In this document: piece after piece, positions 36,755-50,420 of the stretch | Layout: each line of letters opens with the position of its first letter | How positions within the stretch are numbered: the stretch's first letter is position 1 | Assembly: GCF_030028105.1 (NCBI RefSeq) | Contig: NC_092374.1 | Coordinates: 182,731,487 to 182,795,486 of the forward strand | From: Mobula birostris | Taxonomy: Eukaryota | Direction of reading: 5' to 3' | DNA length: 64,000 nucleotides | Position numbers and translations under genes: made by a program | The notes under the pieces: generated by a model | Told to the model about the DNA's origin: nothing | What the model saw: only the letters and a program-made list of their open reading frames with translations | Databases searched by the model: none

Positions 36755-37905
36755 TGCACCACACATGAGGCTGCTTAACAAGATAAAACCCTGTGGCATT
36801 ACAGGAAAGATACTGGCATGGACAGAGGAATGGCTGACAGGCTGGAGGCAGTGAGTGGGAATAAGAGGAGCTTTTTCTGGTTGGCTGTCAGTGACTAGTG
36901 GTGTTCCTCGGGGATCAGTATTGAGACTGCTACTTTTCACATTGTTTATCAATAATTTAGATAGTGGAATTGATGGCAAAGTTTGTGCATGATTCGAAGA
37001 TAGATGGAGGGGTAGGTAGTGCTGAGGAACCAATGTGATTGCAGCAGGATTTAGACAAATTGGAAGAATGGGCAAAAAAGTGGCAGATGGAATATAGTGT
37101 TGGGAAATATATGATACAGTAATGCATTTTGGTAAAATGAACAATAGTGGAGACTATTATTGAAATGGGGAGAAAATTCAAACATCAGAAATGCGGAGGG
37201 ACTTAGGAGTCCTTGTGCAAGACTCACAGAAGGTTAATTCACCAGTTGAGTTTGTGGTAAAGCAGGCAAATGCAATGTTGACATTTCAAGGGGAACAGAA
37301 TATAAAAACAGGGAGATAATGCTGAATCTTTATAAGACACTAGTCAGGCCAAACTTGGAGTATTGTCAACAGTTTTGGGCCCCTTACTTATCTCAGAAAG
37401 GATGTATTGTCATTGGAGAGAGTCCAAAGGAGGTTCAAGAGGATGATTCCAGGAATGAAGGGGTTAACATATGAGTAGTGTTTGGCAGTTTTGGCCTGTA
37501 CTCACTGGAATTTAGAAGAATATTTGGGGATCTCATTTAAACTTACCGAATGTTGAAAGGACTAGATAAAGTGGATGTGGAGAGTATGCTTCCTATAGTG
37601 GGGATATCCAGAACTAGAGGGCACAGCCTCAAGATTGAGGGGTAACCTTTTAGAACAGAAGTAAGGATTAGCTAAAGAGTGATGAATCTGTGGAATGCTC
37701 TGCCACAGACTGCAGTGGAGGCCAAGTCTGTGGGTATATTCAAAGCAGAACTTGATACATTCCGAATTGGTCAGGGCATCAAGGGATATGGTGAGAGGGC
37801 AGGTGTATGGGGTTGAATGGGATCCGGGAACAGCCATGATGAAATGGCTGAGCAGACTCGATGGGCTGAATGGCCTAATTCTGCTCCTATGTCTTATGGT
37901 CTAAG
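36755..37905 (+). mobile_element. CR1 RT/3' fragment
   Basis: GTGACTAGTGGTGTTCC RT segment through a CCTATGTCTTATGGTCT tail. Confidence 0.85.
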
Positions 37906-38106
37906 CTCTGATTTACTGATTTTCATACTTAAGGCCCCTTGGTCACCCTGAGGTGGCTATCCAACATAATTGTGAGCATTAAATGAAGGTTAAGAATTGG
38001 AGTCCTCAAGGCAAAGGAACCCTCGGGAGGCAGTGATCAAAAAAACAAAGGAATTCACCCTGCAGTTTTACACTGGAGAGGTGAGGGCCTCCGTTGGTCA
38101 GAATTA

Positions 38107-38665
38107 ACCATGGATATTGCATCCTAGCTGTCTAGATACACAAGCCTGGTGAGTATGATATGGAGGGTAAGCTGTTGCCCGTGTAGCAAGCTCTCCCTCT
38201 CCACGCATCTGATGAACCCAAAGGAATGGCAGAGACCGATACAGTTTGATATCAGAGGTATCGCAGTAGTTGCCAGTCAACATTGAATTCAATGTAGGGC
38301 TGCCTTAGGGACTCCAGCTCTGGATTTTTCCCTCGGGGTTCACTCCCGAAGCCTTCCCCATGAGTGGGTACAGCCACAAGGCAGCGGAGACGTGAGATCA
38401 GTTTTCCTTCTCTTAGATGAGTTGCCAACCACGGCTGACGAGCTCCATTTGCCCAAAGCAACTGGTTTGAAGGCTCCAGTGACCCACCTTTGTTCCTTCT
38501 CCTGTCAGTAGAAACAATTCTGCTGGGCTTAGTATCTAAGCCACACGTGAAGGCCAGGAGCTGGACTTGGTTGTCAGAGGCTATTTGAGATGCACATCAT
38601 TGGGAGCTTTTAATAGGTAGTGGAATCTTTCCTCCATTACCACCCTGACTATAACAACCTTAAGG
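38107..38665 (-). mobile_element. Non-coding interspersed repeat (possibly RTE-related); second copy at ~34150-34552 on +
   Basis: Reverse-complement similarity between 38270-38610 and 34180-34550; shares a tail with the SINE at 6795. Confidence 0.6.
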
Positions 38666-40219
38666 CACATTGGAGTGAAAGGAATTACAGAGGCATGAGA
38701 GAGGAGCAGGCCAAAGTTGATTGGAAAGGGTCACTAGTAGGTTTAGTAGGCAAAGGAGAAGGAGAGGTGACTTGACAGAGGTGTATAAAATCAATAGGCA
38801 GCCAGTACTGTTTTCCCAGAGTGGAAATGGCAGATACAAGAGGGCGTAATTTTAAGGTAATTGGAGGAAAGTGTTGGGGGGGGGGGGGGAATGTCAAAGG
38901 TACAGATAGAACTTGCTGCCTGGGGTGGTGGTAAAAGTAGGGACATTTAGGAGGCTCTTAGATAGGCATATGGAAGAATGAAAAATGAATGGCGTTATAT
39001 TGATCTTGATTAGGTTAAAAGGTCGGTATAACATCATGGGCCGATAGGCCTGTATTGTGCTGTACTATTTTCTATGAGCCATGCAGTGCGGCATTAACAC
39101 CCAGCTACATCCCGGATGGGAAACATTGCTACCAATCTATTTTAACGCTTTATGATATCACAGGAGCACAGCACATGACATCACAAGGCAAGTGGACTAA
39201 CTACACGCCATGCACTTCTCAAATCAGCAGGATCAAAGTGGCCATGGTTGCAACAAGGGGTTGCAGGGAGACTAAGGTAAAACATTTAAACTTAGCCAAG
39301 AATCCAGGAAAGAATTTAATCCCCTGAAGAGCTGATGGTTCAGTTGAAGATTGGATCAGGAAGATATTCCAATACTCAGTCTGGTTGATTTACGTCCATG
39401 AGGCTCGGCAGGATATGGCAGTAAATATGAACAGAGCCAACTTCACCTCACACTGACAAGATATCCAATTGCTTTGCAGTCAGAGTTCAGTGGCAACTAA
39501 GTAATACAGGAACTGGGCCCTGCAAACAGGTATTCACAAATGTAACTTCAATTGTAAATGAACACCATGTGCTAATTTTATGCACATTTAGTTTCTATTT
39601 CTGAATTGTGAACGATATAAAACTGTATGTCAGTTGTATGAGCTGTATGTCAGTCCTACACACCCATCCAGATGAAGGGTCCTGACCTAACATTTCCTTC
39701 CATAGATGCTGCATGACCTGATTTCCTCCAGTAGTTTTTTTTTTGCCTTATCCCCCTAGTATTGTGGAATTCAAAACAAAACATTGAAATAAGAACAAGA
39801 ATAAAAATTTAGCTGGGAAATTATTAAAAAGAAACCAATTTTGCCAAATTCCTCTCCAGGTTAGCTATCAATGGTAGCTAACAAAATTAATGGGTTTGAG
39901 TTTTACATGGCTTGCTACCTCAGCGACTTTATAGAGGGGAGAACACCTCAATGTGAATAATTGCTCTCTGGCAACCCAAACAGTTTCTTTCAAGCCAGTT
40001 TATTCTCCAAGTCCCTGGTCTCCCCTCCCTCCCCACGGCAAGGGCCGATCTCTTAACTTCAAAGACAAATTGCAACTTCCGACTGCAAAGGTGGTACCAT
40101 GCGGGGTTATCATGTGGTGTGTGGTAACAAGGCCTGCCTCAGATTACTTGATAAGTGTGCTCATTTAATACGCTAATGAACGGAAACTTTCCCTCAGCTA
40201 ATCACGTTCCAGTAGTATT

Positions 40220-41030
40220 GCAACGGGACGAGTCTCACTGCAGTTATTTACTTGATCCTCGAACCGGGGTGCAGGAACTGCAATATCAAATCCCGACACT
40301 AAGCCGGAGGCTGACGACGGGAGCCGAGATTTGCCGAGCAAAGCTCCGAGCCGGAGGCCGCCGAAGGGAGCCGAGTGTCGGGCCGAGATTTGCCGAGCAA
40401 AGCTCCGAGCCGGAGACTGCCGACGGGAGCCGAGTGCCGGGTCGGGATTTGCCGAGCAAGTTGAGTTCCGGGCCGGAGGCTGCCGACAGGAGCCGAACAC
40501 CGGGCTGCCATTCGCCTGGATGAAGAAGGTGGTGATAGTGCCGCAAGGCCTGAGCCGCCCTTAGAGCCGGGATAGCATCGCCGGATCCGTTGTCTGCCGC
40601 AGTGCGACCGACTCTGGAAATAGCCTCCTCCCCTCTCCTGTTGACCCTCTCCGAGCGCCGCGGGGAAGCAGGCCTCGGCCTCTCTACTGACAGCCTGGGC
40701 CTGGAGTAGGTGCGTAGTCCCAGAACGAGCAGACCGGCCGGCGGGTCTGTAACAATGCAGCGGTACTTTTTGCGAAGTGTAAGCCTAGCCCCTGGCTGTA
40801 GGGCAACTGAGAAAACGGGCATCCTGCAGCCCAGGCCTCGACTGACAGGACATAGCGGGGACTGCTGCGGACCTGCCCAGTGTTGGAGAGGCTGCTTGCC
40901 CGTACACTGTCGAGGGAGCGCCGCGCTGTGGGAGATAGGGACGGCGCTGAGGAAGCGCCGTGCAGTGGTGGGAGGGTGGGGGGTGGGAGGCGGTACTGAG
41001 GGAGCGCTGCTCTGGGAATGCTGGTGGTGT
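40220..41030 (+). promoter_or_regulatory. CpG island / probable promoter and non-coding first exon of the ZBTB43-like gene
   Basis: Only CpG island between gene 1 and gene 2. Donor TAG|GTGCGT at 40710 could splice to the acceptor at 51094. Confidence 0.6.
40303..40508. repeat. CpG-rich minisatellite, ~3.6 copies of a 47-63 bp unit
   Basis: Units start at 40303, 40350, 40409 and 40472; core GCCGGAGGCTGCCGACGGGAGCCGAG..ATTTGCCGAGCAA. Confidence 0.9.
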
Positions 41031-43149
41031 GGGAATGGTTATAAAAGTTGGGCAGAGCGTTGGCTGAAGAAATTTAATCATGACAAGTACAAGATGGGAA
41101 GTCAAGTGGGCTAAAGCGTTTACGTGAAATCGAAAAGCATTGATGAATGTTGATGGACAGAAATACCCGGGGTCCAAGTCCATAGTTCTTTGAAAGCAGA
41201 ATCACAAGTCGGTAGGGCGGTGAAGAAGGCATAAGGCATGTTTGCCTCCGTGGTTCAGGGCACAGAATAGAAACGTTCGAGATATAACACTGTAACTTAT
41301 AAAATTCTAGAAAGGGTGAAGAAATTCACCAGGATGTTGGCTGAATTAGAGGACTTCAGATATGGGAAGAGTTTAGATTGGCTGTGCTTGTTTTTCCTGG
41401 AGTGATGCAAATTGTTGGGTGACCTGACAGATTGTGACAAGCTAGATAGTCAGAACGATACTATTTTGTGGTAGTTAGTGAAATGCTTTACAGCACCAGT
41501 AATCATAGTTCAATTCCTGCTGTTGCGTGGAAGAAGCTTGCACGTTCTCCTTGCGAATGCGTATGTTTCCTCTGGGTGTTCCAGTTTCCTTCAAGGACAT
41601 AGAGCTTAAGGTTAGTAAGTTGTGGGCATGTTTTGTTGGCATTGGAAGCATTGTGACACATCGGGGCTGTCTGCAGCTTATCCTTGGATGTGTCAGTCTT
41701 TCACACAAATGACGCATTTCACTGTATGTTTTGACATTTCAATGTACATGTGACAAATAAAGCTAGTATTTAAACTTTTCCTCCCAATGAGGTATCAATA
41801 ACGAGATCTTGGGTTTAAGTTGAGGAAAGGGGTTTAAAAGAGATCTGAGGGTGTATGCTTTGTTTTACGTGGAGACTGGTTGATATCTGGGACGTGCAGG
41901 CAGAATAGGTGGTGGAATTGGATAAAGTTAGTATGTTTAAGAGGCTCAGGCAGACACATAAGTATGCAATGCATAGAAGGATATAGACGTGATGCTGACA
42001 AGTGAGATGAGTATAGATGAGCACAATGGTCAGTATTGATGTCGTGGGCCAAAGGACCTGTTTCCGTGCTCCATGACTTTTTGGGAGGCATCATCACACT
42101 GAGTGGGAGCAGTCACAGAGCTCCACCTCATGGAAACAGGCCCTTTAGCCCAACTTTTCCATGCTGACCAAGGTGCCTATTGCCTGTGCTTGGCCTATAT
42201 CCCTCTAAACCTCTCCTATCCACGTACCTGTCAAAATGTCTGTTACACTTTGTAATTGTTCCTGCCTCTACCACTTCCTCTGGCAGATGGTTGCTTTTGC
42301 CCACCATTGCTTGTGTGAAAAACTTCCCCTTGAAATCTCTCCTCTTCCACCTCAAATCGATGTCCCCCCCACACCCTGTGAAAAAAGCCAATAAGCATTC
42401 ACTCAACCATGCCCCTTGTGATTTTATGAACCTCTGTAATGTCACCCCTCAATTGTACTTCTTCCAAGGGGATGGTGGGGTGGATGGGTGAAAGTCATCC
42501 TATCCTGTCTCTCTTTATAACTCAAGCCCTCCCATTCTGGCCACATCTATGTCAATCTTTTCTGCACCAGATTATTTGCACAGTACCACTTACTTACTGT
42601 GTGTGGGAAGCTGTGGTGTGCTTATTTGGTATCCTTTACAAGAGTGAAAAAAAGCTTTGCTTAGTTGTTTATGAAGTGTTTCAAAATGCCTTATCATTGT
42701 GAAAGCTTCTTTAAGAATGCTTGATCTTCTATGGTTCACTAACTTTCTTCTGTCCCTTTCTAACTCAGAGATTTCAACAAGGTAATGGATACATAACTGG
42801 CAAAGAGCCATATTTTCCAGGATTTTGGGGAAAGAGCAGTTATGAATGGTCTAACTGGATATATTTTCTGGACAGCACTGCCCTGGGCCAATCTGTCTCA
42901 TATTTTTCATCAATAATTGTGTCATATCAAAAATGGGGATTTTTGTTGATAACTGTGCCTTGTTCAAATCCAATTAACCTCGTAAGATGATGACAAGATC
43001 TAGACAAAATCCAGTTGCAAGCAGGCAAATATTGCCTAATCACCTACCTGTAACATCTAACAATGATGTTGCCTTTGCGTTGACCTTACTGTCTGTATCC
43101 TGTGGGTCACCACCAATAGAAACTCAACTGGACCAGCCAATATAAATAC

Positions 43150-43680
43150 CACAACACATAAGATATAGGAACGGTATTAGGTCATTTGGACGATTGTGTT
43201 TGCTCCACCATTCCATCATGGCTGGACCCTCTGAACCCCATTCTCCTGCGTTCTACACGTAACCTTTGACGTCCTGTTTCATCAAGCACCTATCAATCTC
43301 CGCCTTAAATATAGCCGATGACTTGGCCGTCGTAGCCACCTGTGGCAATGAATTCCACAGATTCACCACCCTTCGGCTAAAGAAATTCTTCCTCTGTTCT
43401 AAATGGATGTCCCTCTATCTGAGATTCTGCCCTCTTGGTCCTAGGTTCCCCACTGCAGGAAACATCCTCTTCACATCCACTCTATCTAGGTCTTTCAATA
43501 TTCAATAGGTTTCAATGAAATCCCCCCCTCGTTCTTCTAAACTTCAGCGAGCACAGGCCCACTGATGTCAAATGCTCCTCATAAATTAACCTTTTCATCC
43601 TTCGATCATTTTCGCGAACCTCCTGTGGACCTTCTGCAATGGGAGCTCAAAACTATTCACAATACTCCTCTATAACTCCT
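43150..43680 (-). mobile_element. CR1 3' fragment
   Basis: Antisense CR1 3' end (GAATTCCACAGATTCACCAC) as in 8059-8500. Confidence 0.8.
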
Positions 43681-43689
43681 ATCAGGGTC

Positions 43690-45400
43690 CTTTTACCCTT
43701 ACATCTTCTGATCCTGTGTCACCTCTTTCTGAGCATTTCTTACCAACAGAGCCACCCCACTCCACTGTGTACCTGCCTATCCTTTCGATACAATGTGTGT
43801 GCTTGGATGTTGAGTTCCCAACAATGATCTTTCTTCAGCCACGACTGGGCAATTTCCACAACAATGTACCTGCCAATCTAACTACACTACAAGATCATCT
43901 ACCTTATTCCATGTACTGTGTGCATTCAAATACAACACCTTCAGTGCTGTATTCATCACCCTTTTTGATTTTGGCCCCCTGTCACATTTTAACTCCTCCC
44001 ACTGACTGCAATTTTGCCTGTCCTTCCTCACACTGCATCTACTTGTATACCAATTACTTCATCTTCAGCCCTATCACCCTGGCTCCCGTCGGCCTGCCAG
44101 ATTAGTTTAAACCCTCCACAAAGCTCTAGAAACCTGCCCAGAAGGATATTGGTCCTCCTCGGTTTTAGGTGTAACCTGTCCTTTATATAAAGATCGCACC
44201 TTCCCCAAGAGAGATCCCAGTGACCCAGAAATGTGAAAGCCTGCTCCTTGCACCATTTCTTCAGCCACGTATTCATCTGCCAAATCATCCTATCCTTACC
44301 TTATTGGCATGTGGCACAGGCAGCAATCCAGAGATTACCACCCAGGAGATCCTGTGTTTCTACTTTCTTCTTAACTCCCTGTATTCTCTATTCAAGACCT
44401 AGTCCCTTTTCCTATCTACGTCATTGGTACCAATATGTACCACGAATTCCGGCTGTTCACCCTCCTCCCTTTAGAATGCTAATCTGAGACATCCTTGACC
44501 CTGGCACCAGTGAGGCAATATACCATCTGGGTGTCTCTTTTCTGTCCCCATAATCTGCTATCTGCTCTAATTATGGAATCCTCTATCACTATTACACTCC
44601 TGTAATCACCCCCTGCTCCCCCCCCCCCCACTGAGCCAGTGCCAGAGATCAGGTCACGGCACCTTTCCCCAGTAGGTCATCCCACCCAACAGTGTCCAAA
44701 GCAATTTACATTTTTGAGGAGAATGGCACCAGGAGTACTGTGCACTGGCTGCCTATTCCCTTTCCTTCTCCTGACTGGCACCCAGCAATTTAGGGGTTAC
44801 TACTTTCTCATTTTTCCGTACGAGCTGAAGATTATCAAGCGGTCTGTATGAGGCTGCAGCTTGGTACACTTCATGCAGATACAGTTATCAGGGAGGTCTC
44901 CTAAAGTTCCCACATCTCACACAAGGAATGTACCACTAACTGTGGCCCCATTCTCAGTATACTGGTTACGTACTACCAGAAAAAAATCTTACTAGAAACT
45001 TACTTAGAACTTCTCTCTGTGCTTTCCCAAGCCTGTTTTTGCCTAAGCCTGTTGAGCTGATGCTTGACTACACTGTCCACTCACGCAATGGCTGCTCCGC
45101 TTATACCTTGCTTCTTTTCAGTTGGCTTATGGATCGTTAAGGTTGCAGCTCACCAAAAAGTCCCAGAAGCTCTTTTTAAACCTCGTGCTGTATCACCAAT
45201 GAAGGAACTCTTGCAATGATTGCAAACTGCTGAAAATTCACGAAGGGCCTCGAGTTCTCTTTTTTTATCTCATGCTGCCTCACCAACGAGTGACCTCTTG
45301 CGCTGATTGCAACCTGTCAAGAAGTCCCGAAAGCACCCGAGCTCATTTTTAAACCATGCATTGCGTCACCAACAAACGAGCTTCCGTGGTGAGTGTCCTA
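43690..45400 (-). mobile_element. CR1 5' portion (5'UTR with ~86-bp repeats, degenerate ORF1 esterase, start of endonuclease)
   Basis: ORF 44028..44288 NTWLKKWC..DRLHL..TNIL resembles the ORF1 at 26285..26983. Confidence 0.75.
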
Positions 45401-45459
45401 ATGAATTGCCAAATTTTTCCACCATTTACCATTTCAGTACTCTGTAGTTGTGTAAATGA

Positions 45460-46350
45460 GGGATGATACAAAGATAGGTGGATGGGTAGGTAGTGCTGAG
45501 GAAGCAATGTGATTGCAGCAGGACTTAGACAAATTGGAAGAATGGGTAAAAAGGTGGCAGAATGGAATACAGTGTTGGGAAATGTATGATAATGAGTTTT
45601 GGTAAAAGGAACAATAGAGCAGACTATTGTTTAAATGCAGAGAAGGCTCAAACATCAGAGGTGCAGAGGGACTTGGGAGTCCTCGTGCAAGACTCTCAGA
45701 AGGTTAATTTACAGGTTGAGTCTGTGGTAAAGAAGTCAGTTGCAATGTTAGCATTTATTTCAAGGCGAATAGAATATAAAAGCAAAGGGATAATGCTGAG
45801 GCACTAGTTGGGCTGCACTTGGAGCATTGCCAACAGTTTTGGGCCCCATATCTCAGAAAGGATGTGTTGTCTTTGGGAGAGTCCAGAGGAGGTTCACAAG
45901 GATAATTCCAGGATTGAAGGGGTTAACATATGAGGAGCGTTTTCACTGGAATTTAGATGAATGTGTGGGTATCTTATTGAAACCCTGTGAATATTGGAAG
46001 AACAAGATCGGGTGGATGTGGAGAGGATGTTTCCATTGGTAGGGTTTCGGAACTAGAGGGCACGGCCTCAAAATAGAGGGGCGACCTTTTTAGAGCAGTG
46101 GTAAACAGGAATTTGTTTAGCCAGAGAGTGCGAATCTGTGGAATGTTCCGCCACAGACTGCGGTGGAGGCCAAGTACGTGGGCATATTTAAGGCGGAAGT
46201 TGATGGTTTCCCGATCGGATCAGGCCATCAAAGGTTATGGCGAGGAAGAAAGGGTGTATGGGGTTAAGTCGGATCTGGGGTCAGCTATGATGGAATAACA
46301 GAGCAGACTCGATGGGCTGAAGGTGTTAATTGTGCTCCTCTGTCTTATGG
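45460..46350 (+). mobile_element. CR1 3' fragment
   Basis: ORF 45562..45807 (VQRDLGVLVQDSQKVNLQV..AMLAFISR). Confidence 0.85.
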
Positions 46351-47561
46351 GCTTGGCAGTATTAACCTCTGAAGCTTGCTAACTCTGCTGCTGTACTGCT
46401 CAAAAGGACAAAGGTTGCAGCTACATATAGGAAAGCCATCAACTCCATGTTTCTCTCTAAATCACTCATACCGCTCCCAGACTGGGCTGCCAAATTATAC
46501 CGTACTGACACAAGCCATGTCCACCATGAAGTACCCATCTATATTAATCTCATTTAATCAGCACTTTCTATTTGTTGGTGATTACTTTCCCAGTAGCTGT
46601 TCAAGATTGTGGCTCACCCCCAACTTCTCAATAGTGAAAGCTTCGGCCTTGGATATGGAAATATTTCATATCCTAGGAAATGAGTCATAGAAAAAATTCA
46701 CTCAGCGGGAGTAGTTCCTGTAGTAATGGCTGGTTATCTACCTCAGCTCCATCGGCAGCTGATCTATCTCAGTTCTGCCTGCCGGTGGACATCCCGTAAT
46801 AGTTCAGTTCCACGGCCACTGGACATTGTGGCAGTTCCGCCTGCCACCGGACCTGTGGTACCTGAGTTTCACCTGCCACTGGAACTCCTGCTTCATTCCC
46901 TCCTTGCCAATGGATTTCCTACCTCATTTTCACCTTGCCAGATAGTGCTGAATGTTTTGTGGTGTTAATGGACTGAACATCACTTACCCCAAAGGACAGT
47001 GAATTTCTATCACCAACAAAACCTTTGAGTAAAGACATTTGTTGGGTAGATTTTTGCATAATAGGGGAATTAAGCGTTATGAGGAAAAGGCAGGTAGGTG
47101 GAGATGAGTCCAAGGCCAGATCAGTTATGATCTTATTAAATGGTGGAACAGGCTTGATGGGCCAGATGGCCTACTCCTGCTCCTATTTCTTATGTTCTTA
47201 AAAAAAAAAAGCAGAAAATCTCTGGAATAAAAACTGAAAAGCGGAAGGGATAGAACAGGGAGTTGTATCACTCAGGTGAACAGAAATGATCTTTTCCTGC
47301 TTGGAGTTCAATAAGTCTTCTGCTCACAGCCCACACAGCGTGTTGACTCATGGAATTTCCCAATTTCCCACATGTGGAGTTGACTTCAATCATGTACTTC
47401 AGATAGTTGTCAACTGAAGAACCTGCTGCTTCAAAGGCTACTGGTTTTCAGTTAGTCTTCTAGTCCACTGTTACCCCAAATCTTTTTCCAAAGAAATAGC
47501 ACACTTTCTTAGCAGATCTTCCCACTGGAATACTGAAGGAGCAGGGATAGTCACATACTGT

Positions 47562-47733
47562 GAACAAGATAAAATCTGCAGATGCTTGAAATCCGAGCAA
47601 CACACACAAAATGCTGGAGGAACTCAGCAGGCCAGGCAGCATCTATGGAAAAGAGTACAGTCGGCGTTTCAGGTCAGTGTTTTCCCATCGATGCTGCCTG
47701 GCCTGCTGCGTTCCTTCAGCACTTCGTGTGTGG
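47562..47733. mobile_element. Penelope-derived fold-back element
   Basis: Inverted arms; perfect 14-bp TSD TAGTCACATACTGT (47548-47561, 47734-47747). Confidence 0.8.
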
Positions 47734-48423
47734 TAGTCACATACTGTTATCCTGATGACCTGTAAGACCATAAGTTTGGTTGTTGGGTAAATGTTAAAAG
47801 ATCCTGTGACACTGTGTCAAAGTAGAGAGTGTCCTTTGACCTTGTCTCAATTTTGCTACGTACTAATTAGCCTTTGTGTTACCTTACAACAGCAAATAAA
47901 TTTCAAAAAGTCTTTCATTGGCCAAAAACCAATTTTGACAGTGAAATGCAGCATACTCTTTTATTGTTGTGGTCTGTACACGTCCTGAGTTTGTCCCAAC
48001 CGCTGGGGCTATCTGGGTGGACTTCGTGCGTTCTTCCCTTGGGTTTCCCCAGGTGCTCTGGTTACCTCCCACATCGAGTTGTTAGGATAGTCGGAATAGT
48101 TTGATTTGGTCTCTCAATAGACTGATCGATCAGTGACATAAAGCTGAAGTTGACCAAGAATGAAGTGTTGGACGTGACAGGTTGAAAGGCTGTAGGGAAG
48201 CTGACACCTCTCGTCAGTCTAAATGTTAGCAGAGGCCCAGTTAGACTACTTTTTTAGTGTAGGGCATACAACACCCATGGGCATCACATCTCAGGAAGGG
48301 ATTAGTAGAGGTGCTACAGAAGGATGCAAGGGTTAAAACACTTCACTATAATGGCAGGTACAAATCTCAGGCTTGAGAATCCTGTAAGGTTAAGATATTT
48401 AAGATAATTTACAAAATTTGATC

Positions 48424-49062
48424 GTATAGATTCATAGATTCATAAAATAGTACAGCACAGTACAGACCCTTTGGCCCACAATGTTGTGCCAACCCTCAAA
48501 CCCTGCCTCCCATATAAGCCCCCACCTTAAGTTCCTCCATATACCTGTCTAGTAGTCTCTTAAACTTCACTAGTGTATCTGCCTCCACCACTGACTCAGG
48601 CAGTGCATTCCACGCACCAACCATTCTCTGAGTCAAAAACCTTCCTCTAATATCCCCCTTGAACTTCCCACCCCTTACCTTAAAGCCATGTCCTCTATTG
48701 AGCAGTGGTGCCCTGGGGAAGAGGCGCTGGCTATCCACTCTATCTATTCCTCTTATTATCTTGTACACCTCTATCATGTCTCCTCTCATCCTCCTTCCCT
48801 CCAAAGAGCAAAGCCCTAGCTCCCTTAATCTCTGATCATAATGCATACTCTCTAAACCAGGCAGCATCCTGGTAAATCTCCTCTGTACCCTTTCCAATGC
48901 TTCCACATCCTTCCTATGGTGAGGTGACCAGAACTGGACACAATACTGCAAGTGTGGCCTAACCAGAGTTTTATAGAGCTCTAATAGTTTTAATAATGCA
49001 TCATTACATCGCAACTCTTAAACTCTATCCCTCAACTTATGAAAGCTAACACCCCATAAGCT
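48424..49062 (-). mobile_element. CR1 3' fragment
   Basis: ORF 48496..49014 (LVRPHLQYCVQFWSP..); ATAGATTC repeat tail. Confidence 0.9.
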
Positions 49063-49545
49063 TTGATGGAGATGGAGGTGATTTTTTTTTTCTCTCTGTA
49101 GAGAGAAAAGCTTTAGCAAGAGGGCATAACACTACAGTTTAACCCAACAATTGATACCAGGAAGCACCTCGTACAGCACAGAAACAGGCTATTTGACCCA
49201 CTGTATCCCAGCTGACCTTCTCAGACAGCTACATGAACCCCAATTTCCCACATTAATACCACATTCTCCTGAGCCTTGCCTGTTTAACTATTTGTCTAGG
49301 TGTCTCCTAACCATAGTGATTGTATCTGATCACATCACCCATATGACAGTGTGTTCCAGATATCACCACTCTCTGTGTAAGGAATCCCTTTTAAAACTTC
49401 TCGTCTTAAATCTACACCCTCTTGCTTTTTATGTCCCTACAAAGGGAAAAATATGTTGACTATCTGTCAACGGCTCTTGTAATCTCAGAGACTTCTGTCA
49501 GCCAAAATGCTGCTGAAATCGGGGTTGAAACGCAAATTTCAGATT

Positions 49546-50420
49546 TAAGACCATAAGATATTGGAGAAGAATTAGGCCATTTGGCCCATCGAGTCTGCTC
49601 TGCCATTTCGTCATGGCTGATCCAGAGTTCCTCTCAGCCCCAGTCTCTGCCTTCTCTCTGTATCCCTTCATGCCCTGACCCATCAATAAACTATCAACCT
49701 CTGCCTAAATATACATAAAGGCTTGTCCTCCACAGCTGCCTGTGGCAAAGAATTCCACAGATTCACCAATCTCTGGCTAAAGAAATTCCTCCTCATCTCT
49801 GTTCTAAAAGTACACCCCTCTATTCTGAGGCTGTGTCCTCTGGTCTTAGACTCTCCCACCAAAGGAAACATCCTCTCCACATCCACTCTATCAAGGTCTT
49901 TCACCATTCTATAAGTTTCAATGAGATCACCCCTCAATCTTCTGAATTCTAGTGAATACAGGCCCAGAGCTATCAAATGCTCTGCATATGACAAACCATT
50001 TAATTGTGGAATAATTTTCGTGAACCTCCATTAAACCCTCTCCAGTTTCAGAACATCCTTTCTAAGATAAAGGGGCCCAAAACTGCACACAATACTTTAT
50101 AGGTCACAACATTACATCCTTCCTTCTTGAAATCAATGCTAACATTGCACTTGATTCCTCACCACAGACTCAACCTGCAAATTATCCTTTAGGGAATCCT
50201 ATATTTTCTCTCCATTTAGAAAATAATCACCCCTTTCAATTTTTCTACCAAAGTTCATGACCATACACTTCGCGACTCTTGTATTCCACTGCCATTTCTT
50301 TGCTTATTCTCCTAATCAGTCTAAGTTCTTCTGTAGCCTCTCTACTTCTTCAAAACTACCTGCCCCTCCACCTATCTTCATATCGTCTGCAGACTTTGCA
50401 ATGAAGCCATCAATTCATTT
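49546..50420 (-). mobile_element. CR1 3' fragment
   Basis: ORF 49683..49994 (LGLYSLEFRRLRGDLIETY); TAAGACCATAAGA tail. Confidence 0.88.

Noticed and set aside
40303-40508. CRISPR-like appearance of repeats with variable spacing
   Set aside because: The intervening sequences are homologous to each other, there are no cas genes, and the context is eukaryotic: a minisatellite.
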